Below are positions 26,398 to 34,227 of a stretch of 64,000 bases of DNA, one piece after another. Where the stretch lies: the NCBI GenBank assembly GCA_046314385.1, contig JBKBWZ010000004.1:997-64996 (forward strand), in the 5' to 3' direction. A program made the position numbers and the translations under genes. This DNA is from Alphaproteobacteria bacterium (GTDB lineage Bacteria > Pseudomonadota > Alphaproteobacteria > Micavibrionales > UBA2020). Below the pieces are notes generated by a model. That model did no database searches, was not told the DNA's origin, and saw only the letters and a list, made by a program, of their open reading frames with translations. How positions within the stretch are numbered: the first letter of the stretch is position 1; every line of letters begins with the position of its first letter.

Positions 26398-28350
26398 ATG
26401 CACGAACACCACCAGACTTCTAAAATGTCATCCTGTTGCAGCGGGAAGAACATAAAGCCGCAAGAAAAAAGCTGGTTGGGAAATCCTCAAATGCGAATGA
26501 CGATATTATGCGGCTCTGCGCTAGGGCTTGCCTATATTATTGGCTTCCTGATTCCTTCTTTAGAGGATATTGCGTTTCTGGCCGCGCTTGCCGTAGGACT
26601 GATTCCTATTATGCGCCGCGCTTATGACGGGGCCAGACAAGGAAACCCCTTCACTATTGAAATGCTTATGACGATTGCGGCGACGGGGGCGTTCTTTATC
26701 GGTGCCACGCAGGAAGCCGCAATGGTCGTATTGCTGTTTCTTATTGGCGAATTGCTGGAAGGTATAGCGGCGCGCAAGGCGAATGCCAGCATTCAAGCCC
26801 TTGCCGCGCTTATTCCTAAAACGGCTCTTTTGGAACAAGCCGGAACGACAAGCGAGGTTCTGGCCGAAACCTTATCTATTGGTTCCGTTATTCTGGTGCG
26901 GCCCGGTGATAGGGTCGCGGCGGACGGTGAGATCATCGAGGGCCAGAGCGCAATAGATGAAGCCCCCGTCACAGGTGAAAGCGTGCCAAAGCAAAAGAAA
27001 ACGGGCGATGCGGTTTTCGCGGGTACAATCAACGGCGACGGTGTTCTGCGTATCCGGGTCACGGCCTCGGCCAGCGACAATACTATCGCCCGGATTATCA
27101 AACTTGTCGAGGAAGCGCAGGAAAGCAAGTCGCCCACGGAACGATTTATTACCCGGTTTTCGCGCTATTACACGCCCGCCGTGTTGCTGCTCGGTTTTTC
27201 GGTGGCGGTTATCCCGCCCCTGTTCATGGGTGAATCATGGTATGAATGGATTTATAAGGGGCTGGCAATCCTTTTGATAGGTTGCCCCTGCGCCCTTGTT
27301 ATATCCACGCCCGCCGCTATTGCCGCCGGACTGGCGGCAGGTGCACGCCGTGGCCTTCTCATGAAAGGCGGCGCGGTACTAGAGAATTTACGATCTGTCA
27401 CGCATGTTGCTTTAGACAAGACCGGAACCATCACGGAAGGCAAGCCGGTCGTTACAGATATAATAGCTTTGAAGCGTTCCGAGCCTGACATCCTGTCACT
27501 TGCCGCCGCCATAGAAACGGGTTCCTCCCATCCCCTTGCACTTGCCATTGTCGCGCGGGCAAAAGCTGCACAGGTGAGCATTCCAATGGCCGCGGATTCC
27601 AAAGCCATTGCGGGCAAGGGCGTTTCAGGGGTCGTGGCCGACCAGACCGTTTATTTATGTTCCCCATCGGCAGCGCAGAACATGGCACCGCTAAGTTTAG
27701 ATCAGATATCTATGATTGAAGCCCTTAACGATGAAGGAAAAACAGTATCCGCTTTGCTTGTGGACGGAGAGATTGCGGGATTATTGGCGATACGCGACGA
27801 GCCGCGCGCAGATGCACTTGAGGGGCTTAAAGCATTGAGGGACGCCGGAATCGTTACGCTGATGCTGACAGGCGATAATCAGCGGACGGCGGACGCTATT
27901 GGCAGGAGCATGGGAATTTCAGAGATTCACGCGCACATGATGCCGAAAGATAAACAGGCCATTATTCAAAAACTGCAATCTGGCGGCTCCATCGTCGCAA
28001 AGATAGGTGATGGCATTAATGACGCGCCCGCTTTGGCCGCCGCGGATATCGGCATTGCCATGGGCGGCGGCACGGATGTTGCCTTGGAAACGGCGGATGC
28101 CGCCATCCTTCATGGTAGGGTTCTTGATATCGTCAACATGATTTCCCTGTCTGAAAAGGTAATGGGGAATATCCGCCAGAATATTGTGATTTCCTTGGGC
28201 CTGAAAGTCGTATTCTTGATAACCACCATTGCGGGCATTACAGGATTGTGGCCCGCTATTCTTGCCGATACAGGCGCGACCGTGCTGGTAACGGCCAATG
28301 CCATGCGCCTTTTACGCTGGCGGGGAAGATTGCAAGATGCAGTCAAATAA
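26398..28350 (+). CDS. P1B-type heavy-metal translocating ATPase (CPC type, Zn/Cd/Pb-like)
   Basis: LIGCPCALVISTP, DKTGTITEG, MLTGDN and GDGINDAPAL are all present. The N-terminus is MHEHHQTSKMSSCCSG. I recognise no classical CxxC HMA domain. Confidence 0.9.
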   Translation: MHEHHQTSKMSSCCSGKNIKPQEKSWLGNPQMRMTILCGSALGLAYIIGFLIPSLEDIAFLAALAVGLIPIMRRAYDGARQGNPFTIEMLMTIAATGAFFIGATQEAAMVVLLFLIGELLEGIAARKANASIQALAALIPKTALLEQAGTTSEVLAETLSIGSVILVRPGDRVAADGEIIEGQSAIDEAPVTGESVPKQKKTGDAVFAGTINGDGVLRIRVTASASDNTIARIIKLVEEAQESKSPTERFITRFSRYYTPAVLLLGFSVAVIPPLFMGESWYEWIYKGLAILLIGCPCALVISTPAAIAAGLAAGARRGLLMKGGAVLENLRSVTHVALDKTGTITEGKPVVTDIIALKRSEPDILSLAAAIETGSSHPLALAIVARAKAAQVSIPMAADSKAIAGKGVSGVVADQTVYLCSPSAAQNMAPLSLDQISMIEALNDEGKTVSALLVDGEIAGLLAIRDEPRADALEGLKALRDAGIVTLMLTGDNQRTADAIGRSMGISEIHAHMMPKDKQAIIQKLQSGGSIVAKIGDGINDAPALAAADIGIAMGGGTDVALETADAAILHGRVLDIVNMISLSEKVMGNIRQNIVISLGLKVVFLITTIAGITGLWPAILADTGATVLVTANAMRLLRWRGRLQDAVK

Positions 28351-28410
28351 TGCGCAATATAACCGGCTTTGGCGGGAGTATGCTAAAAAGTAGATGAACA
28401 AAGACAACCT

Positions 28411-29331
28411 TCACATAAGGCGATCTTCAAGGGCTTTTAGCTGTTCCGCGTGTTTATCGGGGTTTTGCTTTATCAGCTTTTGAATATTCAGCAGTTTCCA
28501 TTGTACGGCGGGCATACGCGACAAGTTTTCTAAGGGGAATAACGACCAATCTGGCTTACCTTGTTTAAAGCCGAGCAGGAATGCGCGGTCGTTATCCGTC
28601 CAATCTTGATTTATTTCCTTTACCAAACGTTCCCTTGTCGCCTCAAAATCCACGTAGCTGAACGGCGTAAAGGCCATGCCCGCGAATTGAGTTTCAAAAA
28701 CCTTTTTCTGATCTTGAAAATTGGGCCGTATCATTTCATGGATGGGACGGGAATGGCCCAAAAGCAAAGCCATGAAGCCCATGCGAATATCATCCGTCAG
28801 CCCTTCATTGTTCAGCATATGATAAACGTCAAACAAATCGCGGGGGTGCTGGCGGTCGAGCGCGGCGCATATCTTCCCGCCGAATAATTCCGCATGGGAC
28901 ACGACATTGACCGACATAAACCGCCCAAATTCGGACTCCACCGTATCGGCAACGTCCATCATGCGCGGCGGTAAAAGGTTGCCCCGGATAGTGGTATTCA
29001 CTTCCACCTTGATTTGCGCGTTTTGGGTCTGACAGGTTAGTTTAGCTTCCTGCCCGTCACTCTGCGGAACCAAGGCGACCTTACAAGACGGAATAGCCGT
29101 TTCCACCCGCGCCTTGACGCGCCGCAGGGCATTCGTAATACCTGCAAGCGCGGTGGCGCGATCATCGAACGGCAGCCAGGACAAATCAATATCCACCGAC
29201 AGGCGGGGCATATCGCGGACAAAAAGGTTTATGGCCGTGCCGCCCTTAAGAGCAAAAGACTCTTCTTTTGCCACATGGGGCAAGACCTGTAACAGCAGAT
29301 CGACTTGGGCGCGGTAGGTTTCCGAGATCAT
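28411..29331 (-). CDS. abiEii: AbiEii/AbiGii-family nucleotidyltransferase toxin (type IV TA / abortive infection)
   Basis: FALKGGTAINLF..LSVDIDLSW is an NTase motif of the DUF1814 type. The gene is coupled (ATGA-type overlap) to the upstream AbiEi-like gene. Confidence 0.85.
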   Translation of the reverse strand: MISETYRAQVDLLLQVLPHVAKEESFALKGGTAINLFVRDMPRLSVDIDLSWLPFDDRATALAGITNALRRVKARVETAIPSCKVALVPQSDGQEAKLTCQTQNAQIKVEVNTTIRGNLLPPRMMDVADTVESEFGRFMSVNVVSHAELFGGKICAALDRQHPRDLFDVYHMLNNEGLTDDIRMGFMALLLGHSRPIHEMIRPNFQDQKKVFETQFAGMAFTPFSYVDFEATRERLVKEINQDWTDNDRAFLLGFKQGKPDWSLFPLENLSRMPAVQWKLLNIQKLIKQNPDKHAEQLKALEDRLM

Positions 29332-30095
29332 AATTTAACTAACTCCTCTGGCACGGTCAGGCCGTAGCGGGAAACGTAAACCCCGCCCTTGGTGACGGTT
29401 CTGGCCCCCGCGCCCAAATCGAATTTAGCGGCATCCAACCGCTTGAACCAGTCATGCCCGGCCTTTTCCGCCATGTAGAGAAACAGCCGCTTGACCTTGA
29501 TCGAGCCGCATTGTTCCAGAAGCGGTTGCAGCAGCTTGGGCCGCAAGGTCGTCAGACCTTCCATCACCTGATAGCACTCGACCAAATCGACCGTATCGGG
29601 CGACAGGTACAGACATTCTAAAATGGCGCGTTCCGGCGCGGATATTTTGATGGAGAACGCCCCCACCTGATAATCCGCCAGCGCAAGGCCGGACGGCAGA
29701 ACGGAGGTTTTGCAATGATGGATTTTCTGCCCCCAATCGCGGTTTTTGAACCATGCGGGCAGACTGGTTTTCGGGGGCGAAAACAGAAAGACGGTTTCCG
29801 CGCCAAGGCGGACGTAATGGGCGAAGCCCTGCAACGCCAGCGCGGTCAGTGCCCCGGCATGAACGGGAAGGCCGCTTTGCGCTTGCAAGGCGTACAGGCC
29901 GCCCTGCCATGACACTTGTTCGCTAGGGCGCTTGAAAGCCCCTGTGCCGACCGTTTCCAGCCAGCCGCTTTTGCGGTAGTATGCTTGGAGGTTGCGGGAT
30001 ATGCCGCGCCCTTCCAGCCACGAAGCGACATAGACTGTTCCCGGTAAATGGGAATCCAGCAGTTTCTTTAATTTTTCCTCATTATCTTTAGTCAT
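29328..30095 (-). CDS. abiEi: AbiEi-family antitoxin/transcriptional regulator
   Basis: Its size and position are right, and it overlaps the abiEii start by 4 nt. The N-terminal wHTH-like segment is GTVYVASWLEGRGISRNLQAYYRKSGWL. Confidence 0.8.
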   Translation of the reverse strand: MTKDNEEKLKKLLDSHLPGTVYVASWLEGRGISRNLQAYYRKSGWLETVGTGAFKRPSEQVSWQGGLYALQAQSGLPVHAGALTALALQGFAHYVRLGAETVFLFSPPKTSLPAWFKNRDWGQKIHHCKTSVLPSGLALADYQVGAFSIKISAPERAILECLYLSPDTVDLVECYQVMEGLTTLRPKLLQPLLEQCGSIKVKRLFLYMAEKAGHDWFKRLDAAKFDLGAGARTVTKGGVYVSRYGLTVPEELVKL

Positions 30096-30270
30096 GCTAC
30101 ATAAAATACGGTATTTTTAATGAAATCGCCAGCCTTTTCTTCATTGTGGCGGCGGATTTGTCATCCTATTGCCATCCTCAAGAATCGCTTTATAGTCCGC
30201 AAAAGTAAGGGGTTGGCGGCCCTGATATTTCCGTAAAACAATCCTTAATTTCCTCCTGCTATCCTGAAAG

Positions 30271-30310
30271 TAAGGGCTTAAGAGCGCACTTACGCAAACT
30301 GCGTTTGCCC
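30271..30310 (-). promoter_or_regulatory. MobQ-type origin of transfer (oriT): an inverted repeat followed by an RSF1010-like nick core
   Basis: The minus strand reads GCAAAC-GCA-GTTTGC-GTAAGTGCGCTCTTAAG. As I recall it, RSF1010 oriT is an inverted repeat followed by GGTAAGTGCGCCCT. The site lies 160 bp upstream of the relaxase gene. Confidence 0.55.
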
Positions 30311-30468
30311 CGCTTCGCGGGAGTGCTTTTGCGGCCCTGCCGGGCCTTGGGGCCAGCTTGCCGCTGTCCCCGTGTTGTTATTCCGCCCGGTAATTTTTGG
30401 AAGCCGGGCGAAACAACAACACTTTTGAACAATAATAAATCGCCCATAGAGGGAAAGGCTTTGCAGCC

Positions 30469-32535
30469 TTGGCGATTTATCATTGTTCATTGCGGGTGTT
30501 TTCACGGTCTGACGGCCACTCCGCCGTGGCCGCCGCCGCGTACCGCGCCGGGGCGGTGCTGCATGATGAACGGCGGGGCTTTACGCACCGCTACCACAAC
30601 CGCAAGGGCGTTGTGGCCTCGTTCATCATCACACCACCGCAAGCCCCTGAAACCACCCACGACCGCCTTCTGTTGTGGAACGCGGTCGAAGCGGCGGAAA
30701 CCCGCAAAAACTCCCGCGTGGCGCGGGAAATTATTCTGGCCCTGCCGCATGAATTGCCAGCCACGGCCCGCGCAGCCTTGGCCCGCGATATGGCCCTGTG
30801 GCTGGTGGAACGCTACAGCGTGGCCGTTGATACGTCCCTACATAGTCCCGTTGAGGGTGATGGTCACGACCCGCGCAACCATCACGCCCATCTTTTATTC
30901 ACCACCCGCGTCATCACAAAAGACGGGCTTGGCAAGAAAACCCGCGTCCTTGATGACCGGGAGCAAGGCCCGCAGGAGGTCGAGTTAATCCGCACCATTT
31001 GGGAAACGCTTGCTAACCATGCCTTAGAGCAAGCGGGACTGTCCCATGCCAAAATTGACCGCCGGACGCTGGACGATCAGGGCATAGACCGGATACCGAC
31101 AATCCATATCGGGCCGGAAGGCAAAGCCGCCAAGGACAAGACCGAAAACAAGGAGGATGAAGAAGACGAAGGCGACAAGGACGGGGACGAGGAAGAAGGA
31201 AAGTCCGGCGACAGCAGCGGCAAGCAAGGCGGCGGTTCCGGCGATAAAGGGCCAGCCCCCGCGCCAACCAAGAACAAGGAACAGGCCAACCAGAAAAGTC
31301 ATGAGGTCGATTATAAGGCCATCGACCAAGGCCGCAGCCGTAGCGACCTTGTGGAAGAAATCAAGCGGGTGAATGCCGAGCGCGGCAAATGGCCCGCCTT
31401 GCCGTTAGCCGAACAAATCAAAACCATCGAGCAGGAAATGACACGACTGGACAAACGAGTCCGGCAGTTTGAAAACATCTATGCAAAGACCAGCCTTCCC
31501 AACGTCATTAAAAAATCCATTGTCGAGATTGTCCGGTTTTCAAAAGAGCTTTTATTTAACCGCATCCTGAATCGAGAATCCTTGCGCCTGTCTGAACAGG
31601 AATCACAAGCACGTATCGTGCGGCAGAATTTTCGCTATGGGCGATCTTACAGAACAGGGATTCATGAACAAATCCAAACCATGAAAACCCGTCTTTCCAT
31701 GCTGGAGGAAACCCAAACCAGCTATAGAAAATATAAATCATTCGTGGACACGATAGAAAGGACACTGGCAGAGAATCCAGCCGTTAAATTCACGGAAAGC
31801 GCAAAGAACAACACGATCACTGATTTAGAACTTTCTACAAAACTCAAGCTGAAAGCTGAATTGCTGCGCGAAGGCATACCGGAGATATTCAGACCACCGA
31901 AAGAAACGCCGCGCATAACGGAACCCATCAACAAGAAAGGCGCTATCCCGCAACCAAAAGCCGATGCAGAGAAACCCGCACCGCTAAGCACAGAACGCAA
32001 AGACTGGCTTATTCCCGCGTCAGAAAAAACACGCGGTTTGCAGCAGCATATAGAAAAGGAACTGGCAAATAGGGGGCAACAGACTCCCGCGCCGCAACTA
32101 GATAAAGAGCCTTCGCCCATGCGGAGCGCGTTCAACAGCGTAAGCCAGAACAAACCACCGGAGAAATTTACAACAACCGAATATGTCTGCGAAAGAGTTA
32201 GAGAGGAAGCGGCAACAATCCGGGAAAAGATGCCCCCGGAATATAAAGCGGAACCTTACCCAGACAACACGCCCAAAAGTGCTACAATGTCCGGCGCGTT
32301 CAATCGCGCCAGTCAGCGTGGCCAACCAGCGAAGCACACGACAAGCGAATATGTGCGTGAGAAAGTCAAAGAAGAAGCGGCCACAATCAGAGAGAAGATG
32401 CCGCCAGAATTTAAAGCAGAGCCTTATCCCGAAGACGCGCCGAAAAGCGCGAAAATGTCTGGTGCATTTAATCGAGCCGCCGCCAGCAACACAAACAAAC
32501 CATCATCGAATCACGAGCCGGATTATCAGCCGTAA
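30469..32535 (+). CDS. mobA: MobA/MobL (MOBQ) relaxase with a long repetitive C-terminal extension
   Basis: [28 protein letters not shown] carries the catalytic-Tyr motif. ILALPHELP and [14 protein letters not shown] form the His triad. Confidence 0.9.
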   Translation: MAIYHCSLRVFSRSDGHSAVAAAAYRAGAVLHDERRGFTHRYHNRKGVVASFIITPPQAPETTHDRLLLWNAVEAAETRKNSRVAREIILALPHELPATARAALARDMALWLVERYSVAVDTSLHSPVEGDGHDPRNHHAHLLFTTRVITKDGLGKKTRVLDDREQGPQEVELIRTIWETLANHALEQAGLSHAKIDRRTLDDQGIDRIPTIHIGPEGKAAKDKTENKEDEEDEGDKDGDEEEGKSGDSSGKQGGGSGDKGPAPAPTKNKEQANQKSHEVDYKAIDQGRSRSDLVEEIKRVNAERGKWPALPLAEQIKTIEQEMTRLDKRVRQFENIYAKTSLPNVIKKSIVEIVRFSKELLFNRILNRESLRLSEQESQARIVRQNFRYGRSYRTGIHEQIQTMKTRLSMLEETQTSYRKYKSFVDTIERTLAENPAVKFTESAKNNTITDLELSTKLKLKAELLREGIPEIFRPPKETPRITEPINKKGAIPQPKADAEKPAPLSTERKDWLIPASEKTRGLQQHIEKELANRGQQTPAPQLDKEPSPMRSAFNSVSQNKPPEKFTTTEYVCERVREEAATIREKMPPEYKAEPYPDNTPKSATMSGAFNRASQRGQPAKHTTSEYVREKVKEEAATIREKMPPEFKAEPYPEDAPKSAKMSGAFNRAAASNTNKPSSNHEPDYQP
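32119..32490 (+). repeat. In-frame 168-nt (56-aa) tandem repeat, 2.2 copies, inside the relaxase C-terminus
   Basis: Units start at 32119, 32287 and 32455: M(R/S)(S/G)AFN..TTxEYV.E(R/K)V(R/K)[13 protein letters not shown](Y/F)KAEPYP(D/E)..PKSA. Confidence 0.85.
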
Positions 32536-32586
32536 TAGCCTGTTTTATCCGCGCTATCGGGGCCGTTTTTGCGCCCCCATATAAAA

Positions 32587-32615
32587 ATATCCTGCACAAG
32601 TTCTGCACAGGATAT
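32587..32615 (+). terminator. Hairpin downstream of mobA that also contains the CTGCACA repeat pair
   Basis: ATATCCTG...CAGGATAT is an 8-bp stem, followed by TTTAGGCCATTTTTT. Confidence 0.4.
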
Positions 32616-32684
32616 TTTAGGCCATTTTTTAGGTTTATTTTCAATTAGTTATAATTGCCAATAGACCTCTCTGGCGACCGGGAG

Positions 32685-32845
32685 TTGATAAGCCGTACTG
32701 AAACGACCGCGACGATCTTTAGCCGCGAGGCTTGGACATACATCGCCGCCTCCCGGCCATAAAGGTCGGAGAAGCGGCGTGATGACGGACACGCCACCGT
32801 TCAGTACGGGATTATCAAGCCCCGACGGGCAGCACTGTGCCCGTG
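32685..32845. ncRNA. Candidate structured RNA or ssDNA element of unknown class
   Basis: A long-range 7+10-bp helix pairs 32685-32702 (TTGATAAGCCGTACTGAA) with 32800-32818 (TTCAGTACGGGATTATCAA). It encloses a 14-bp GC-rich hairpin at 32744-32779. A second hairpin, ACGGGCA-GCACTG-TGCCCGT, is at 32826-32845. No ORF of 60 aa or more occurs in any frame. Confidence 0.3.
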
Positions 32846-32962
32846 TTCAAACGGTAGCTTGCGGTGGTATAAAAATCAAGATAAACAATGCGTTAGATGG
32901 GAAGCCCTGCATTTGATCCCCTTAATCGTATGCGCTAACTGGCCACTACCTGGCAGGACGTG

Positions 32963-32998
32963 CCTGTTACTGCTCCTGTTATGCTTCCAGTTATTTTT
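32963..32998 (+). repeat. Three degenerate tandem 12-mers (iteron-like) followed by an AT-rich stretch
   Basis: CCTGTTACTGCT / CCTGTTATGCTT / CCAGTTATTTTT. Confidence 0.4.
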
Positions 32999-33262
32999 AC
33001 AGTATGCGATACCCGAGAAACCGATTTAAGGCGACATTACAGTCGTATAGCGCGTATCCCGACTGGCGTGGATGTTGAAAAACCAGAAAATCTCCAGTAT
33101 TTTACCAGTTAATCTAGGGAGTTTAGGGCAAGAGCTTTTATCGGTAGACTGCATCCACCGCCATTTTACCCTATAGTCTGCTATAATCCCCCCAGAGAAC
33201 GGCTATACCCTTTAGCCCGCACTCACCGCTATCACCTCACAAAAACCGAAGGAAACCGCCGC

Positions 33263-33361
33263 ATGTCAAAATCGCAGGACGCAAAAAAGAATACAAAGAA
33301 GCCGCCTTTGAAAACGGCCGATGAAAAAAGAAAAGAAAAACGCGCGAAAAAGAACAAATAA
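33263..33361 (+). CDS. Possible 32-aa lysine-rich peptide
   Basis: MSKSQDAKKNTKKPPLKTADEKRKEKRAKKNK. GAAGGAAA lies 9 nt upstream of the ATG. It is below the ORF-track cutoff. A terminator follows about 100 nt downstream. Confidence 0.3.
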   Translation: MSKSQDAKKNTKKPPLKTADEKRKEKRAKKNK

Positions 33362-33459
33362 ATACGATACAAATTCAGCCTGTCGCTAACGCTGACAAAA
33401 AAGCGCGGGCATAGACTGGATCCACCCACCGTTTCCTTCATGAACATGCCCGTATAGGC

Positions 33460-33500
33460 AAAAAAACAGCCCCGCTATCCGGTGGGGCTGTTTTGCTTTG
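33460..33500. terminator. Bidirectional intrinsic terminator
   Basis: AAAAAAA-CAGCCCC-gctatccggt-GGGGCTG-TTTTGCTTT lies between the small + strand ORF and the convergent gene ending at 33518. Confidence 0.6.
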
Positions 33501-33517
33501 TGCGGCCTGTCTCGAAG

Positions 33518-34120
33518 CTATCGCACCAAATTGACTGTGTTGTCTGTCTGCAGCATAAAACTTGCAAAGGGGCCCGTTTTTAAAGTTAGAGGAAATAAAT
33601 CATCCCTTTGCGCCGCGCCGAATGTTTTTTCTGTGACAAAAACAATATGCTCTCCGCTAAGGTTTTTATTTCCGACCGGGACGCTGTCAAACCGGAGATG
33701 CAGGCGGTAGACATGAAAAGATCCGCCCCCGCGCGGCGTACGCAATTGGCGGGATTTGTCTTTGATAGGCAAAGAAACTTCATATGTTTGCACAGGCGCC
33801 AGCATCAAATTAATTTGGTGCGGTAAAGCCGCTATAAAAATAGGGACGATCATCGCCGCCAACATTCGGACAGACAAGCTGCGGTTGGTTTTTGCGCACC
33901 ACATGCGATGCAGCAGATAGAACATGACGGGCAGATTCCACAAAAGACAGACAGCAAAAATTGCATATAGCTCGCCCGCAGGCGCGTATTTAACGCCGGA
34001 GATCTTTTCCTGCACAAGCGGCGTAAAAAAACAAGCACCGATCGCCATCGCGGCCGCTAGCGCGGCAACCATATACTTCTCGCCCCTCTTGGGTGGTGCG
34101 TCGGGATTATACTTTTTCAT
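33518..34120 (-). CDS. Hypothetical membrane protein (about 3 TM helices plus a soluble C-terminal domain)
   Basis: 200-aa ORF with hydrophobic segments VAALAAAMAIGACFF, YAIFAVCLLWNLPVMFYLL and LAAMIVPIFIAAL. Confidence 0.55.
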   Translation of the reverse strand: MKKYNPDAPPKRGEKYMVAALAAAMAIGACFFTPLVQEKISGVKYAPAGELYAIFAVCLLWNLPVMFYLLHRMWCAKTNRSLSVRMLAAMIVPIFIAALPHQINLMLAPVQTYEVSLPIKDKSRQLRTPRGGGSFHVYRLHLRFDSVPVGNKNLSGEHIVFVTEKTFGAAQRDDLFPLTLKTGPFASFMLQTDNTVNLVR

Positions 34121-34140
34121 TCACGCGGCTTCAGGTTTTA

Positions 34141-34166
34141 TTTGGAATATATTTTTATATTCAAAT
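34141..34166. repeat. AT-rich near-perfect palindrome in the spacer between two minus-strand genes
   Basis: TTTGGAATATA-TTTT-TATATTCAAA. Its function is unknown; it could be an operator or a terminator stem. Confidence 0.25.
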
Positions 34167-34227
34167 ATAACCGCCTAAAAAGCAACGCCCTCTGTGCAAT
34201 CTTGCGGCATCAAGGAATATCGTCGCT

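Larger units (their letters stand above)
17770..33500. mobile_element. Putative integrative mobilizable element with int, metal-resistance cargo, AbiE, oriT and a MobA relaxase. The exact ends are not defined.
   Basis: An integrase lies at one end and oriT plus a relaxase at the other. There are no T4SS genes. Composition is intermediate relative to the flanks. CTGCACA repeat pairs occur near both ends. Confidence 0.5.

Noticed and set aside
30305-30988. 227-aa plus-strand ORF overlapping the 5' part of mobA
   Set aside because: It is out of frame with the relaxase, whose frame carries the canonical Tyr and His-triad motifs. Its product is Pro/Arg/Ala-rich with no motif.
32685-32818. Group II intron domain V (AGCCGTAC...GTACGG) or retron msr/msd
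   Set aside because: The enclosed loop is ~97 nt rather than ~14 nt, the other intron domains are absent, and no reverse transcriptase gene lies anywhere nearby.
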